Positions 26,884-36,626 of a stretch of DNA of 37,141 nt are shown in pieces. The notes under the pieces are model-generated. The model worked only from the letters and a program-made list of their open reading frames with translations. It was not told where the DNA came from and searched no databases. How positions within the stretch are numbered: the first letter of the stretch is position 1; every line of letters begins with the position of its first letter. The position numbers and the translations under genes were made by a program. The DNA is from an uncultured Eubacterium sp. GTDB lineage: Bacteria; Bacillota; Clostridia; Lachnospirales; Lachnospiraceae. Where the stretch lies: NCBI GenBank assembly GCA_964515045.1, contig CAZERX010000001.1, positions 1 to 37,141 on the forward strand, given 5' to 3'.

Positions 26884-28695
26884 CTAAATACCGGTACTCG
26901 TGATCAGACGGTCATACATTTCCGACATGATCTGTACGACCTTTGCGCACAGATTATAGGCGTTCTGGAATTTCGCGAGGTCTAATGCCTCCTCATCCTC
27001 ATCGACACCGGAAATGGATGTACGCTGTTTATCCACGGTATTTACGACCGTGTCATAATTATCAGACAAAAGCTCTGCCTCCTCGCAGTCCACGGTCACA
27101 TCACTGATCATGGTAGAGAGGAACTCATCGCCGCCGCAGCCGCGATACATCACGACCTCAGACTGCAGCTTCTGAAGCTGCTCGACCAGATCCTGATTAT
27201 CCTGTCCGTTATTGAAATCCTCCAGATAAGCCGTTGCAAAATAGCTCGGATCATCACATTTGATCGTGATCTTGATATTCGATGCCGTGAGCTGGTAGTA
27301 GCTGTCCGAATCGGAACGCAGCACTTCCTCGTCTGCCTCGGAGAAGCCAAGCTCGACTCCCTGCACATTTTCTGCGACAAAGAAGGAGCCCATCGGATTT
27401 TTGTTGAGATCCACGCCCTTATGCTCAATATCGTTGAATGCCTTCGTAAAGGCACGTAAAAACTGGTTCATCTGTGACTGATAGTAGCAGATTCCCTTGT
27501 AATCAATGGATTCTCCCACCTCAGCCTCTCTGCCGATCAGTGAGGACAGACCGGAAATGTCTGAGCTGATCGTAAAGCTGAACACCTTCTCACCGCTCTC
27601 ATTCGTACGCACGGTGAAGGAGGAATAGGTATATTCGCGGCTTCCGATGGTGAGCACACCCTCGGAGGGCAGGTCCATTTCCAGCTCAGACTGCACGTTC
27701 GTATTCGTGATCACAAGCTGTCTGCCCGACGCTTTTTCGACCGTTCCGGAGAAGTTCGAGTGATTGTTTCCGTCACGGATCTGCATCAGTGACTTGAGGC
27801 TGCCGGTTGCCGTCGCGCTCGCTACGGGGAAATCAGAGTGATTGTCCGCCCAGCGGATGTCATACAGTCCCTCGGCATCGTTCTGATTGTCCTTGTACTC
27901 ACGTGCCACGCATTCCAGCTCGCGGTAATTCTCGCCGTCTACAAAGGTCAGACCGTTGATCTTGACCGTGAAATTCGTCGCTCCCGTATACATATCGGGG
28001 AAATTGCTGTTCATGACCTTCGTTTCCTTGACTTCCACGCCAACGATCTTGGACAGCTCATCGACGAGCAGTGCCCGCTGGTCGCGCATGTCATTCGCGT
28101 AGGAGCCGTTGATCTCGACATCGTTGATCTGGTCATTTAAGAGCGCGATCTTCTGTCCGATGGAATTGATCGTATCCACGGTCGTCTTGACCTGCTCATT
28201 CAGATCGGACTGGATCTTTTTCAGTCCGTTCGACACGGTATTGAAGTAGCTGCACAGATTTTTCGCACCGCTGATCACCTGATTACGGATCGAGGTGTCA
28301 GCCGGTGAACCGCGCAGCGTATCCAGATAGTTGAAAAACTCGGCATAAATGGATGAAAAACCGTTGATCGTGCTGTCATCCTTAAAGTAGGATTCAAGCT
28401 GACCCATATACGTCACCTTTTCGTTATATTCACCCTGATAGCCGCTGTACTGCCAGTATTTGTTGTCATAATATTCACTGCGCACCTGCGTTACGGACTC
28501 TGCCGATACGCCGGTACTGAGCGTTCCGTACTCCGTATAGCTGCGCAGTGCGTGATTTGCCTGTATATTCGTCACCTGCTTGGAATAACCTTCCGTATCG
28601 ACATTGGAGATATTGTTCGCCACGGTATTCGCAGATGCCTGATAAGCACGCAGACCGGAGGTTGCGATTGATAAACCGAAAAATGTACTTGCCAC
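26884..28695 (-). CDS. flgK: Hook-associated protein 1 FlgK (copy A)
   Basis: STFFGLSIATSGL...NNISNVDTEGYSKQ; SISGVDEDEE..FQNAYN. Confidence 0.95.
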   Translation of the reverse strand: MASTFFGLSIATSGLRAYQASANTVANNISNVDTEGYSKQVTNIQANHALRSYTEYGTLSTGVSAESVTQVRSEYYDNKYWQYSGYQGEYNEKVTYMGQLESYFKDDSTINGFSSIYAEFFNYLDTLRGSPADTSIRNQVISGAKNLCSYFNTVSNGLKKIQSDLNEQVKTTVDTINSIGQKIALLNDQINDVEINGSYANDMRDQRALLVDELSKIVGVEVKETKVMNSNFPDMYTGATNFTVKINGLTFVDGENYRELECVAREYKDNQNDAEGLYDIRWADNHSDFPVASATATGSLKSLMQIRDGNNHSNFSGTVEKASGRQLVITNTNVQSELEMDLPSEGVLTIGSREYTYSSFTVRTNESGEKVFSFTISSDISGLSSLIGREAEVGESIDYKGICYYQSQMNQFLRAFTKAFNDIEHKGVDLNKNPMGSFFVAENVQGVELGFSEADEEVLRSDSDSYYQLTASNIKITIKCDDPSYFATAYLEDFNNGQDNQDLVEQLQKLQSEVVMYRGCGGDEFLSTMISDVTVDCEEAELLSDNYDTVVNTVDKQRTSISGVDEDEEALDLAKFQNAYNLCAKVVQIMSEMYDRLITSTGI

Positions 28696-28742
28696 AGTCG
28701 GTGCTCCTTTCTCTCGTCATAGACCCTTAACGGTCATCTTAT

Positions 28743-30713
28743 TTATAATCCTGTCACCAAAAGCTCGATCATATCCGATACGGTCTGGATGTACCGGCTC
28801 GCCGCATTATACGCGTTCTGATACTTGATCATCGCGGTCAGCTCCTCCTCGGAGGATACGCCCGTGATCTGCAGACGCTTGTTATCCACGGCGCTCACGG
28901 AGCTTTCGAGTGTCTGTGCGGTCGATTCGTAGGTCGAGCCTGCCGATGCGATCCGTCCGATCATCTCTGTATAGTATTCGCTGATATCGAACGTCGCCGC
29001 CGATCCCGAATCGATCTTCAAAAACTTCGTTGACCAGAGATCTGTCAGCTCCTTACCCATCGAGTAATCGATCTCATGCGTATCCTGCGTCAGATGCGGG
29101 AACAGTGACAACTGGTTCTCCAGCCGGTCATTCACGCTGACGGACGCGAGTGTGTACTGTGATGAGGTTTCCAAGCGGTAATCATCGTTCAGCACGTAGT
29201 AGGATTTGCCGGAAATGAATTTTTTGATATATTTCTGGTTCTCCCGCGTCGTCCACTGCTCGTAAGGGCCTTCCTCCTCGCGCAGCAGGTTGTTATTCGC
29301 ATCGTAATCCGTCTTGATCACAAAACCGTTGCCCCGACTCTCATCCCAGATGCGGTAATCCTGTCCGGCAAGGTTTACGGTCTTGCAGTCGTAGATGTCC
29401 TCCTCGTTGTAGACATACCATACATTTCCGTCGGTATCCATCATCTTCGTGTAGCGCTCACAGCCATTTCTCGTGAAAAGCTCCTCCGGCGGAAGCTGCA
29501 GATTCTCGCCGAGTCTGCACTCCTCAGTGTTGAGCACCTTGACATTCTTATACTGCGTGATCGTGTAGGTGCCGTCACCATTTTCGGTGCGGACACTGAA
29601 CGTCGCACGTGTATTCGGCGACAAAATATCGTTAATTCCCTTTACAATGCCGTGGATCAGCGTGTCGAGCTGTGCCTCAGCCTCCTCCATCACGGACATT
29701 CCGATCGTATTTTCGTAGATCTCCGGATCTGCGCCCTCCAGATAGGCGAAATTTTTCACGCCGTCTCCGCGCGCCTGTATGAGTGCCTTGATCTCGCCGA
29801 TGTCCGTATTATATACGGATGAGATCGGCATGGAATAATCAAAAAGCTCCGTATACTGTCCGTTCGCCTCATTCGACAGATACGGCCAGTAGGCGTTCAC
29901 ATAGCCGGTCGAGCGGTCGATCTTTTTGCCGACCTCGTGCAGATTCGCCTCATCGACGAAATACTGTCCCTCCAGCTTGACCGTAACAACGCCGGTCGCA
30001 TCCTCGGTGTAGCTCATATTGACGAGCGCGCCCAGCTCATCGAGCGCATTATCACGCGCATCGCGCAGATCATAGGCGGTCTCCACCTTGTTCGCCTCAA
30101 TGCTCTGGATCTCCAGATTCAGCTCATAGATCTGCTTTCCCAGCTCGTTGACACGGTCAATGTCATTTGAGATCTGAATATTTATTTGTGACTGATATGT
30201 GGATAAACTTGAGTATATCGCATTCGCTCTCGTAAGAAGCAGACTGGAACGCTGGACAACAAGCCCTTGGTTCGTCTGATCTGACGGATTCTGCGCGAAC
30301 ATCTCAAACGCCGCCCAAAGGCTGCTGCTGGAGTCGCGGTCACTGCCCGAACCTGTCAGAACATCCTTAAAGGCTGTTCCCTCCAATTCCTGATACAGAC
30401 TCTGCACCTCGTCAATCGCATTGTAGTAGGAGCTGTAATAAGCCTGTCTGCCCGCTTCCGTGCGGTACGTCTTATCTAAAAAAACATCCCTGGCGTGCGA
30501 GATCTCACCGATACCTACACCAAGGCCTACCTGCTGTGCGCTGACAGCCGCATATGCAAATTTGTTGTAATGCTTATCCGCAAATACTACCTGCTGACGG
30601 ACATATCCCGCCGTATCTACATTCGCAAGGTTATTTGCAGATGTATTGATGGCATTCTGCGCCGAACGTAATCCACTGCTGCCTACATACAGCGCTTCCA
30701 TTCCATTCGCCAT
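28743..30713 (-). CDS. flgK: Hook-associated protein 1 FlgK (copy B)
   Basis: SGLRSAQ...NNLANVDTAGYVRQ; TGVSSEEEL..YQNAYNAASR. Confidence 0.92.
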   Translation of the reverse strand: MANGMEALYVGSSGLRSAQNAINTSANNLANVDTAGYVRQQVVFADKHYNKFAYAAVSAQQVGLGVGIGEISHARDVFLDKTYRTEAGRQAYYSSYYNAIDEVQSLYQELEGTAFKDVLTGSGSDRDSSSSLWAAFEMFAQNPSDQTNQGLVVQRSSLLLTRANAIYSSLSTYQSQINIQISNDIDRVNELGKQIYELNLEIQSIEANKVETAYDLRDARDNALDELGALVNMSYTEDATGVVTVKLEGQYFVDEANLHEVGKKIDRSTGYVNAYWPYLSNEANGQYTELFDYSMPISSVYNTDIGEIKALIQARGDGVKNFAYLEGADPEIYENTIGMSVMEEAEAQLDTLIHGIVKGINDILSPNTRATFSVRTENGDGTYTITQYKNVKVLNTEECRLGENLQLPPEELFTRNGCERYTKMMDTDGNVWYVYNEEDIYDCKTVNLAGQDYRIWDESRGNGFVIKTDYDANNNLLREEEGPYEQWTTRENQKYIKKFISGKSYYVLNDDYRLETSSQYTLASVSVNDRLENQLSLFPHLTQDTHEIDYSMGKELTDLWSTKFLKIDSGSAATFDISEYYTEMIGRIASAGSTYESTAQTLESSVSAVDNKRLQITGVSSEEELTAMIKYQNAYNAASRYIQTVSDMIELLVTGL

Positions 30714-30731
30714 GTTTCATCCCCCTGTCTG

Positions 30732-31244
30732 TTATTGCTTTGCGTCGAAGCCCCGACTTCCAAGCAGATCTCCGGTATTGACAGCAGAACGGTTGTAGTT
30801 CGCTGTCTCCGGTGCCTGTCGCATGCTGCGAAACAGATTGAGGTCAAATTCCAATAATTCCATGGACTGGCGAAGCAATGTCTGATTGGTATGATTGATA
30901 CGCTTCAAGCCGTCCATTGTTTGTTTCAGTTCGGTTCGGACAGCGGCAAGTCTCTGCTGCTGCACCGGCTGATTTGCCAGCGTCGCTTCCAGATCGGATA
31001 CCCGAAGTGTCTTCGGATCCTTATTCAGCACGACGGCAATATCCTCCATGATATGTGCCCGTCTGCCGTCCAGACTACGGATATCGTTCGCAGTCTCCTC
31101 CTGTGCAGCGGTCAGCCGCTCCACGGCAGGTACATCCGATGCGACCAGCGCCTTGCGCAGCTCCTCAGATAATTCTGACAGTTTTTTGTATTCTGCTGTT
31201 TCCTTTTCCAGAACCGTTGTCAGTTCATCCATCAAGCTCGCCAC
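30732..31244 (-). CDS. flgN: FlgN export chaperone
   Basis: Helical 170-aa protein between flgM and flgK; LKRINHTNQTLL. Confidence 0.85.
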   Translation of the reverse strand: MASLMDELTTVLEKETAEYKKLSELSEELRKALVASDVPAVERLTAAQEETANDIRSLDGRRAHIMEDIAVVLNKDPKTLRVSDLEATLANQPVQQQRLAAVRTELKQTMDGLKRINHTNQTLLRQSMELLEFDLNLFRSMRQAPETANYNRSAVNTGDLLGSRGFDAKQ

Positions 31245-31259
31245 GCGTCTGTTCCCTCA

Positions 31260-31538
31260 CTAATACAATGCGTTGTACTTTTCTAACAATTTACTAGCAA
31301 AATCTCCAGCATCAACCTTATAATTACCGGAATCAACCTTAGTTTTCAGTTCTGCAACCTTATCGTCCCTGATGTCTGAAGCATTTGCGACTGCCTGTTT
31401 TGCGATCTGATAATCGCGTCCTGCCTGCGAGATCTGAAGGTGGTCCTGAAAGCTGTCCGTCTTCTTTGCAGATTTGGTACGCGCCGGCTTGCTGCTCTTG
31501 TAAACTGCAGCGACCTGATTATATGCATCTATACGCAT
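31260..31538 (-). CDS. flgM: Anti-sigma28 factor FlgM
   Basis: DHLQIS...IRDDKVAELKTKVDSGNYKVD; true start ATG 31538 (MRIDAYNQ) after AAAGGAG, since the longer ORF start lies upstream of the promoter. Confidence 0.92.
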   Translation of the reverse strand: MRIDAYNQVAAVYKSSKPARTKSAKKTDSFQDHLQISQAGRDYQIAKQAVANASDIRDDKVAELKTKVDSGNYKVDAGDFASKLLEKYNALY

Positions 31539-31579
31539 AACGGCATCTCCTTTCTTCCTGATTGCTGTTTCTAATCTAT

Positions 31580-31606
31580 TTATCGGAGGAAAGGGGAAAA
31601 ACATTA
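31580..31606 (-). promoter_or_regulatory. Sigma28 promoter for the flgM operon
   Basis: TAATGTTT-N11-TCCGATAA. Confidence 0.8.
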
Positions 31607-31639
31607 GAGGGGAAATAAAAATTTTTTTCGCGAGTGCAT

Positions 31640-31669
31640 AAAAGAAGCGCACCCTTTCGGATGCGCTCC
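31640..31669 (-). terminator. Terminator of the sugar ABC operon
   Basis: GGAGCGCATCC-GAAA-GGGTGCGCTTC-TTTT. Confidence 0.85.
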
Positions 31670-31713
31670 TTTCATAATATTTAGAGAGAGGTAATAATAC
31701 CTAAAATGAAGGC

Positions 31714-32577
31714 TTAACCTTTGACACCGCCGAGTGCTACGCCGCCTACGATCTGCTTGGACATCAGAAGGTAAACGATGATGACCGGAAAGATCGAGAA
31801 TGCGATCATGGTGTACACCTGACCCATATCAAACTTCAAGAAGTCTGCGCTTCGCAGGTTTGCGATCATGATCGGCAGGGTCTTTTTCGTTTCTGTGTGC
31901 AGGATCAGCGCCGGTGTGAAGTAATTGTTCCAGCTGCTAACGAAGGTAAAGATCGCCTGCACTGCGATCGCGGGCTTCATCATCGGGAGAACGATGCGGT
32001 TGAATGCATAGAACTCACCGGAGCCGTCGATACGTGCCGCCTCGATAATGGCAAGGGGCAGTGTGCTGTCCATGTACTGCTTCATATAATAATATGTGAC
32101 CGGAGCAGCGATCGCGGGGATGATCAGCGGATACAGTGTATCGTCCATTCCCATCTTGCGGATCAACTGTAAGAATCCGAGTGCAGTTACCTGTGTCGGG
32201 ATCATCATGACTACGAGGATGAACGTGGACACGAATTTCTTTGCCTTAAACTCATATGCATGGATCGCATATGCCGTCAGTGTTGAGAAGTAAACGGACA
32301 ACACTGCGCTGCATGTAGACACGATCACGCTGTTCAGCATACCCTTTACGACCGGCTGTGTGCCTGCCAGCAGGTTTTTCCAGTTCTCGATCAGATGCGT
32401 GCTGGGAAGCAGTGTGAAGCCTCGTGACAGCTCACCGTGTGAACGGGTCGCATTGATCAGCAGCACATAAAACCAGATCAGACAGAAAAATGTGATCAGG
32501 ATCAAAACAATATACGCGATCGTTCGTCTGGCATGAATGCCTAAACCTTTACTTGTCTTATAATCTTCCATCATCAC
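31714..32577 (-). CDS. Carbohydrate ABC transporter permease (MalG-like)
   Basis: EAARIDGSG EAA loop, FVSSWNNY, C-terminal GGVKG. Confidence 0.93.
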   Translation of the reverse strand: MMMEDYKTSKGLGIHARRTIAYIVLILITFFCLIWFYVLLINATRSHGELSRGFTLLPSTHLIENWKNLLAGTQPVVKGMLNSVIVSTCSAVLSVYFSTLTAYAIHAYEFKAKKFVSTFILVVMMIPTQVTALGFLQLIRKMGMDDTLYPLIIPAIAAPVTYYYMKQYMDSTLPLAIIEAARIDGSGEFYAFNRIVLPMMKPAIAVQAIFTFVSSWNNYFTPALILHTETKKTLPIMIANLRSADFLKFDMGQVYTMIAFSIFPVIIVYLLMSKQIVGGVALGGVKG

Positions 32578-32582
32578 ACCTC

Positions 32583-33497
32583 CTACTTTTCGGTTGCTGA
32601 ATTGATCTTAAATACGATCAGACTCAGAATACCTGTTACAACAAACATGAATACAGACATTACACCACCCATTCCGTAGTTCTTACTGAACAGATGCTTG
32701 TTCAGATGCATGATCAGCGTCATGGTTGACTCAGCCGGCTGACCGGTACCGTTCGTAAAGATCTGCGGTACATCGAACATCTGTAATCCACCGATCAGTG
32801 ATGTGATCATCACGTAGATCAGGATCGGACGGAGCATCGGTAATGTGATCCTCGTAAATACCTGTGTCGAAGTCGCTCCATCTACCTCTGCCGCCTCATA
32901 GATCGCAGGGTCGATACCGAGCATACCTGCCATCAAGAGGATCGTCGTATTACCAAACCACATCAGACAGTTGATCAGTGCGATCAGTCCGCGGGAGCTG
33001 CCAACATGCTGCATGAAGTCATACGGAGCGGAAAGGATGCCCGTAGAGGTCAGAATGGCATTTACGGGACCCGTCTGTGCAAATAAGGTAAAGAATAACA
33101 TTGCAAACGCGGAAGCCATGATCAGGTTCGGAAGGTAGATGACCGTCTTAAAGAAAGTCGCGCCCTTCAGTCTCATTCTCTCATTCGAGAACCATGCACC
33201 AAGGAGCAGGGATAAAAGGATCTGCGGAACAAATCCGAGTAACCACATGATCATGGTATTTTTCAGATATTTCCAGATCGCGCCTGTCGCGAACATGGAA
33301 ACGTAATTTTCAAGTCCTACAAAATTCGGTCCCACCTGTGTGAGTCCTGCACGATAATTTTCAAAGAAGCTGTTCCATACGGTGCTGATCAGCGGGATCA
33401 ACTGGAACACGATGTATGTAGCTGCAAAGGGGATCAGAAAAATATAGCCCCATTTGTTGTACCGAACCACATTATTGGTTTTTTTCGGCTTACTCAT
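32583..33497 (-). CDS. Carbohydrate ABC transporter permease (MalF-like)
   Basis: FVGLENY, YEAAEVDGAT, ITLPMLRP. Confidence 0.93.
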   Translation of the reverse strand: MSKPKKTNNVVRYNKWGYIFLIPFAATYIVFQLIPLISTVWNSFFENYRAGLTQVGPNFVGLENYVSMFATGAIWKYLKNTMIMWLLGFVPQILLSLLLGAWFSNERMRLKGATFFKTVIYLPNLIMASAFAMLFFTLFAQTGPVNAILTSTGILSAPYDFMQHVGSSRGLIALINCLMWFGNTTILLMAGMLGIDPAIYEAAEVDGATSTQVFTRITLPMLRPILIYVMITSLIGGLQMFDVPQIFTNGTGQPAESTMTLIMHLNKHLFSKNYGMGGVMSVFMFVVTGILSLIVFKINSATEK

Positions 33498-33622
33498 AAC
33501 GCATCCTCCCTCATCTTTTCTTTTTACAACGCTCGCAGCAATATTTTAACTGCTATTCTGTGGCAGTTTACAGTTAAAAAACTGCTGCCAACCCTGTATT
33601 AAAATTTCTCTTTTGATATATC

Positions 33623-33647
33623 GGGGCTGCCCGCATGAGGCAGCCCC
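33623..33647. promoter_or_regulatory. GC-rich stem-loop between binding-protein and permease genes (mRNA stabiliser or partial terminator)
   Basis: GGGGCTGCC-N7-GGCAGCCCC, with no U tail. Confidence 0.6.
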
Positions 33648-33685
33648 AATAGGTTTTTCAGAGTATCACTCTGTAAAGATTCTGA

Positions 33686-35119
33686 TTAGTATGTCAGATC
33701 AGGATATAAGGTAACGAGGTTTGCAAAGAAGTCTGCCTCAGCCTCCTCATAGGTCTGCTGTCCGGAGAAGTAGTTCTTCATGTACTTCTCGAAGGACTCG
33801 TTACATCCGGTGTCATATGCTGACATGTACTTTAAGCTGGTATTCTCAGCACCTGCGCAGAACATTGCCAGAGGGTTCTGTCCGCCCAGTACATCGTTAG
33901 AGTAAGAAGTATCAGCAGCCATCTTGGTCATTGCCGGCTTATCATTTACGAAGTCGTTATCAGCCTTTACGATCTCAAGCATCGTGTCAGTATCGCAGCA
34001 GATCGTCTTCATGATATCAGCAACAAGTGTCGGGTTATCGGTTCCGGTTGCACCACAGAGCCATGTTCCGCCCCAGTAGAAGCTCATGGGTCCTTCGGTT
34101 GCGCCCCAACCGCCTGCATTAGCGATAGAGCCTTCGGTATCAGCAGCCATAGAGAAATCGATGAACCATGCGGGTCCTAAGTAGCAGAATACGTTTCCTT
34201 CCGGATAGAAGCCCTTAGACCAGTCATCTGACCACAGATCGTAAACGCCTGCGCACTCGCCCTTGTCTACTAACTTCTTGGTATCCTCAGCCCACTTCTT
34301 GATGTTCGCATCGATCTGAGCCTTGCCGTCCTCAACCCACTTAGAGGTTACGTTCTTTGCATACAGGTTGTAAAGATCCATCGGAGATGAAACCATGTAG
34401 TAGCCTGCATCCTTCATCTTATCAGCGGTAGCATAGAAGGTATCCATATCGTTTACTGCTGCCTGTACATCTGCAGGATCGTCAGATCCGAGCACTTCCT
34501 TAGCGATCTCACGGTTGTAGATCAGAACACAGGGACATCCCTGCCAAGAAATACCCTTCTGAACTCCGTTCGCATCGGTTACAACGTCTCTGGTGTACTG
34601 ATACTGGTTAGCCAGATCATCCTCGGTGATTCCGAGATCAGCAACGTTCATGGTGTACTCAGTGTCAACATACTTTAATGCGTAGTCAGCCTCGATCAGG
34701 AACATATCAACCTTATCATCTGCTGCTGCATCAGCCTGCTGTAACAGTACCTCATCCAGATGGTTCTGGTAAGCATTGTCATCAGAAGGAGTGATGGTCC
34801 ACTTAACGGTTACATCACCGATCTTACCGGTTGTTCCGTCTACTTCCTCGTATCCGGGATAGTGATCGGTCACACGGGTCTTGAACTCCTCGTTCCATAC
34901 CTGAATGTTCAGTACAGATCCCTCATCTGCTGCTGCAACATCGTCTGCTGCATCATCTGCTGTGTCGTCTGCTGCTGCATCATCGGTAGCTGCGTCATCC
35001 GTAGCTGCGTCATCTGCTGCAGGTGCATCGTTAGCTGTGTCAGCCTTGTCTCCACATCCTACTGCCATGGAAGCTACCATGGTAGTAACCAGTAAAGCAC
35101 TAATTACTTTCTTTTTCAT
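33686..35119 (-). CDS. Sugar ABC substrate-binding lipoprotein
   Basis: MKKK signal peptide, lipobox MAVG-C, Asp/Ala-rich repetitive linker, WGGTW. Confidence 0.9.
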   Translation of the reverse strand: MKKKVISALLVTTMVASMAVGCGDKADTANDAPAADDAATDDAATDDAAADDTADDAADDVAAADEGSVLNIQVWNEEFKTRVTDHYPGYEEVDGTTGKIGDVTVKWTITPSDDNAYQNHLDEVLLQQADAAADDKVDMFLIEADYALKYVDTEYTMNVADLGITEDDLANQYQYTRDVVTDANGVQKGISWQGCPCVLIYNREIAKEVLGSDDPADVQAAVNDMDTFYATADKMKDAGYYMVSSPMDLYNLYAKNVTSKWVEDGKAQIDANIKKWAEDTKKLVDKGECAGVYDLWSDDWSKGFYPEGNVFCYLGPAWFIDFSMAADTEGSIANAGGWGATEGPMSFYWGGTWLCGATGTDNPTLVADIMKTICCDTDTMLEIVKADNDFVNDKPAMTKMAADTSYSNDVLGGQNPLAMFCAGAENTSLKYMSAYDTGCNESFEKYMKNYFSGQQTYEEAEADFFANLVTLYPDLTY

Positions 35120-35177
35120 ATTCTTTTTTCCTCCCTTAAAGAATTTCGTGAAAAGATTTTTGGTTTATATTCATACC

Positions 35178-35200
35178 TGTTTGTAAATGATTTACAAACA
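35178..35200. promoter_or_regulatory. Palindromic operator (likely LacI-family)
   Basis: Perfect inverted repeat TGTTTGTAAAT-G-ATTTACAAACA upstream of the binding-protein gene. Confidence 0.6.
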
Positions 35201-35235
35201 AATAAAAATACCGTATTTTTATTTTGGAGCAGTGT

Positions 35236-36255
35236 TTACTTCACATTGATATCCTTTACGGAATTGCCCTCAAACACGCTTCCTCCGACGGTGATCACCT
35301 GTACCAGTGTGGACTTCGGTTCCTCGATCAGACTGATCAGATTCGCCGCTGCCTCACGACCGATGCGCTCGGTGTCCTGTCTGAGTGTCGTCAGCTTCGG
35401 TGCCATGTGTCTGGCTGCCCGAATGCCATCGTACCCTGCCACGGATATGTCCTCCGGTATGCGAAGTCCTCTGGACTGGATCGCGTTCATTCCGCCGAAG
35501 CTGGCGAAATCGTCCGGATAGAGAATGCAGGTGGGGGGCTTCGGCAGATCCAAAAGCTCTAACGTCCGCTTGTTCGCCCGCTGTGTATCACGGTAGGCTG
35601 CTTCTCTGATGTATTCATCCGGTATTTCAAGCCCCAGCTCCTTCGTCGTCTTATAAAAGGAAGAGAGACGGTTCTGGGTAACGGATGAATCCGCTCCGTG
35701 GATGTATGCGATGCGTCGGTGTCCTTTTTCATAAATGTAGTTCACCAGTTGTCTCATACCGTCTACGTTATCGGAAACGACTGCGATCCGATTGTTGAAC
35801 AGGTGGTCGATCGTAACGACCGGCACATCACTGTTGATCAGCTCTGTCACCTCTGCATCCCGAAAGTCGATGCAGGCGATCACGACTCCGTCGAAGCCTC
35901 TGTGCCGGACATGCTCGAGATAGGACATCCGACTGTTTCCCTTTTTGGAGCAGTTGATAAATGTGATGTCATATCCGTGCGACTCTGCCGTGCGCTTGAA
36001 GCTGTCTAATACATAGGAGAAGTAATCATGCGTCAGACCACTCATCGCTTCGTCTGCGAACAGCACTCCTATATTATAAGTACGGTTCGTCTTTAACGCC
36101 TGCGCTGCGGAGTTCGGAAAATAACCCATCTCCCTTGCAGTCTGTCGGACACGCTCCTTGGTACTCCGGCTGATGTCTCTGTGATCATTCAGCGCTTTGC
36201 TAACGGTCGCGACAGATACTCCGCACGCTGCTGAGATATCCTTCATTGAAACCAT
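35236..36255 (-). CDS. LacI-family transcriptional regulator
   Basis: MKDISAACGVSVATVSKALN, GYFPNSAA, IPEDISVAGYDG, LTTLRQ; start ATG 36255 after AGGAG. Confidence 0.95.
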   Translation of the reverse strand: MVSMKDISAACGVSVATVSKALNDHRDISRSTKERVRQTAREMGYFPNSAAQALKTNRTYNIGVLFADEAMSGLTHDYFSYVLDSFKRTAESHGYDITFINCSKKGNSRMSYLEHVRHRGFDGVVIACIDFRDAEVTELINSDVPVVTIDHLFNNRIAVVSDNVDGMRQLVNYIYEKGHRRIAYIHGADSSVTQNRLSSFYKTTKELGLEIPDEYIREAAYRDTQRANKRTLELLDLPKPPTCILYPDDFASFGGMNAIQSRGLRIPEDISVAGYDGIRAARHMAPKLTTLRQDTERIGREAAANLISLIEEPKSTLVQVITVGGSVFEGNSVKDINVK

Positions 36256-36314
36256 AACCGCTAACTCTCCTCTCGTACCCTGTTGCGAAATCACTTAATC
36301 GTTTTCGTGAATTC

Positions 36315-36343
36315 ATAGTACAACGATTTGCATATTTTTGCAA
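36315..36343 (-). promoter_or_regulatory. Sigma-A promoter for the LacI gene
   Basis: TTGCAA-N17-TACTAT. Confidence 0.55.
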
Positions 36344-36456
36344 GTCTTTTTCTGGCTTTTTTATTCAAAATTCCCATGTTTGTGAAAGTCTGCCAATTTT
36401 AAGGGGTCGTTTTTGACTGTTTTTCACAAATATCCGACCGTTTTTCGCTGAACGTA

Positions 36457-36485
36457 TTGACTTTTACTTAATCGTTTTCTATACT
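36457..36485 (+). promoter_or_regulatory. Sigma-A promoter for the phosphorylase, with operator-like repeat in the spacer
   Basis: TTGACT-N17-TATACT; spacer contains ACTTAATCGTTTTC, also present at 36293-36306. Confidence 0.7.
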
Positions 36486-36626
36486 ATGAACACAATAAGA
36501 TGATGTGTTAGCTCGGTTTTTTCGTAGTTTCGTATGATTTACGAAAATTAAGGTTCTCCTTCAACACCTTCATTCTATAGAAAGCCGGGCTTCACCACCT
36601 AATAAAAAGAGAAAAGGAGATGTGTT

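Noticed and set aside
31539-31652. N-terminal extensions of flgM (and of ACP, LacI, FlgN-like, AlbA_2, Rpn) in the ORF track
   Set aside because: They overlap promoters, terminators or upstream genes, or lack an RBS; downstream ATGs have clear RBSs
34920-35040. Imperfect 12-15-bp repeats encoding DDAAT/DDAAA
   Set aside because: Ordinary low-complexity lipoprotein linker; not CRISPR (no spacers, no cas genes)
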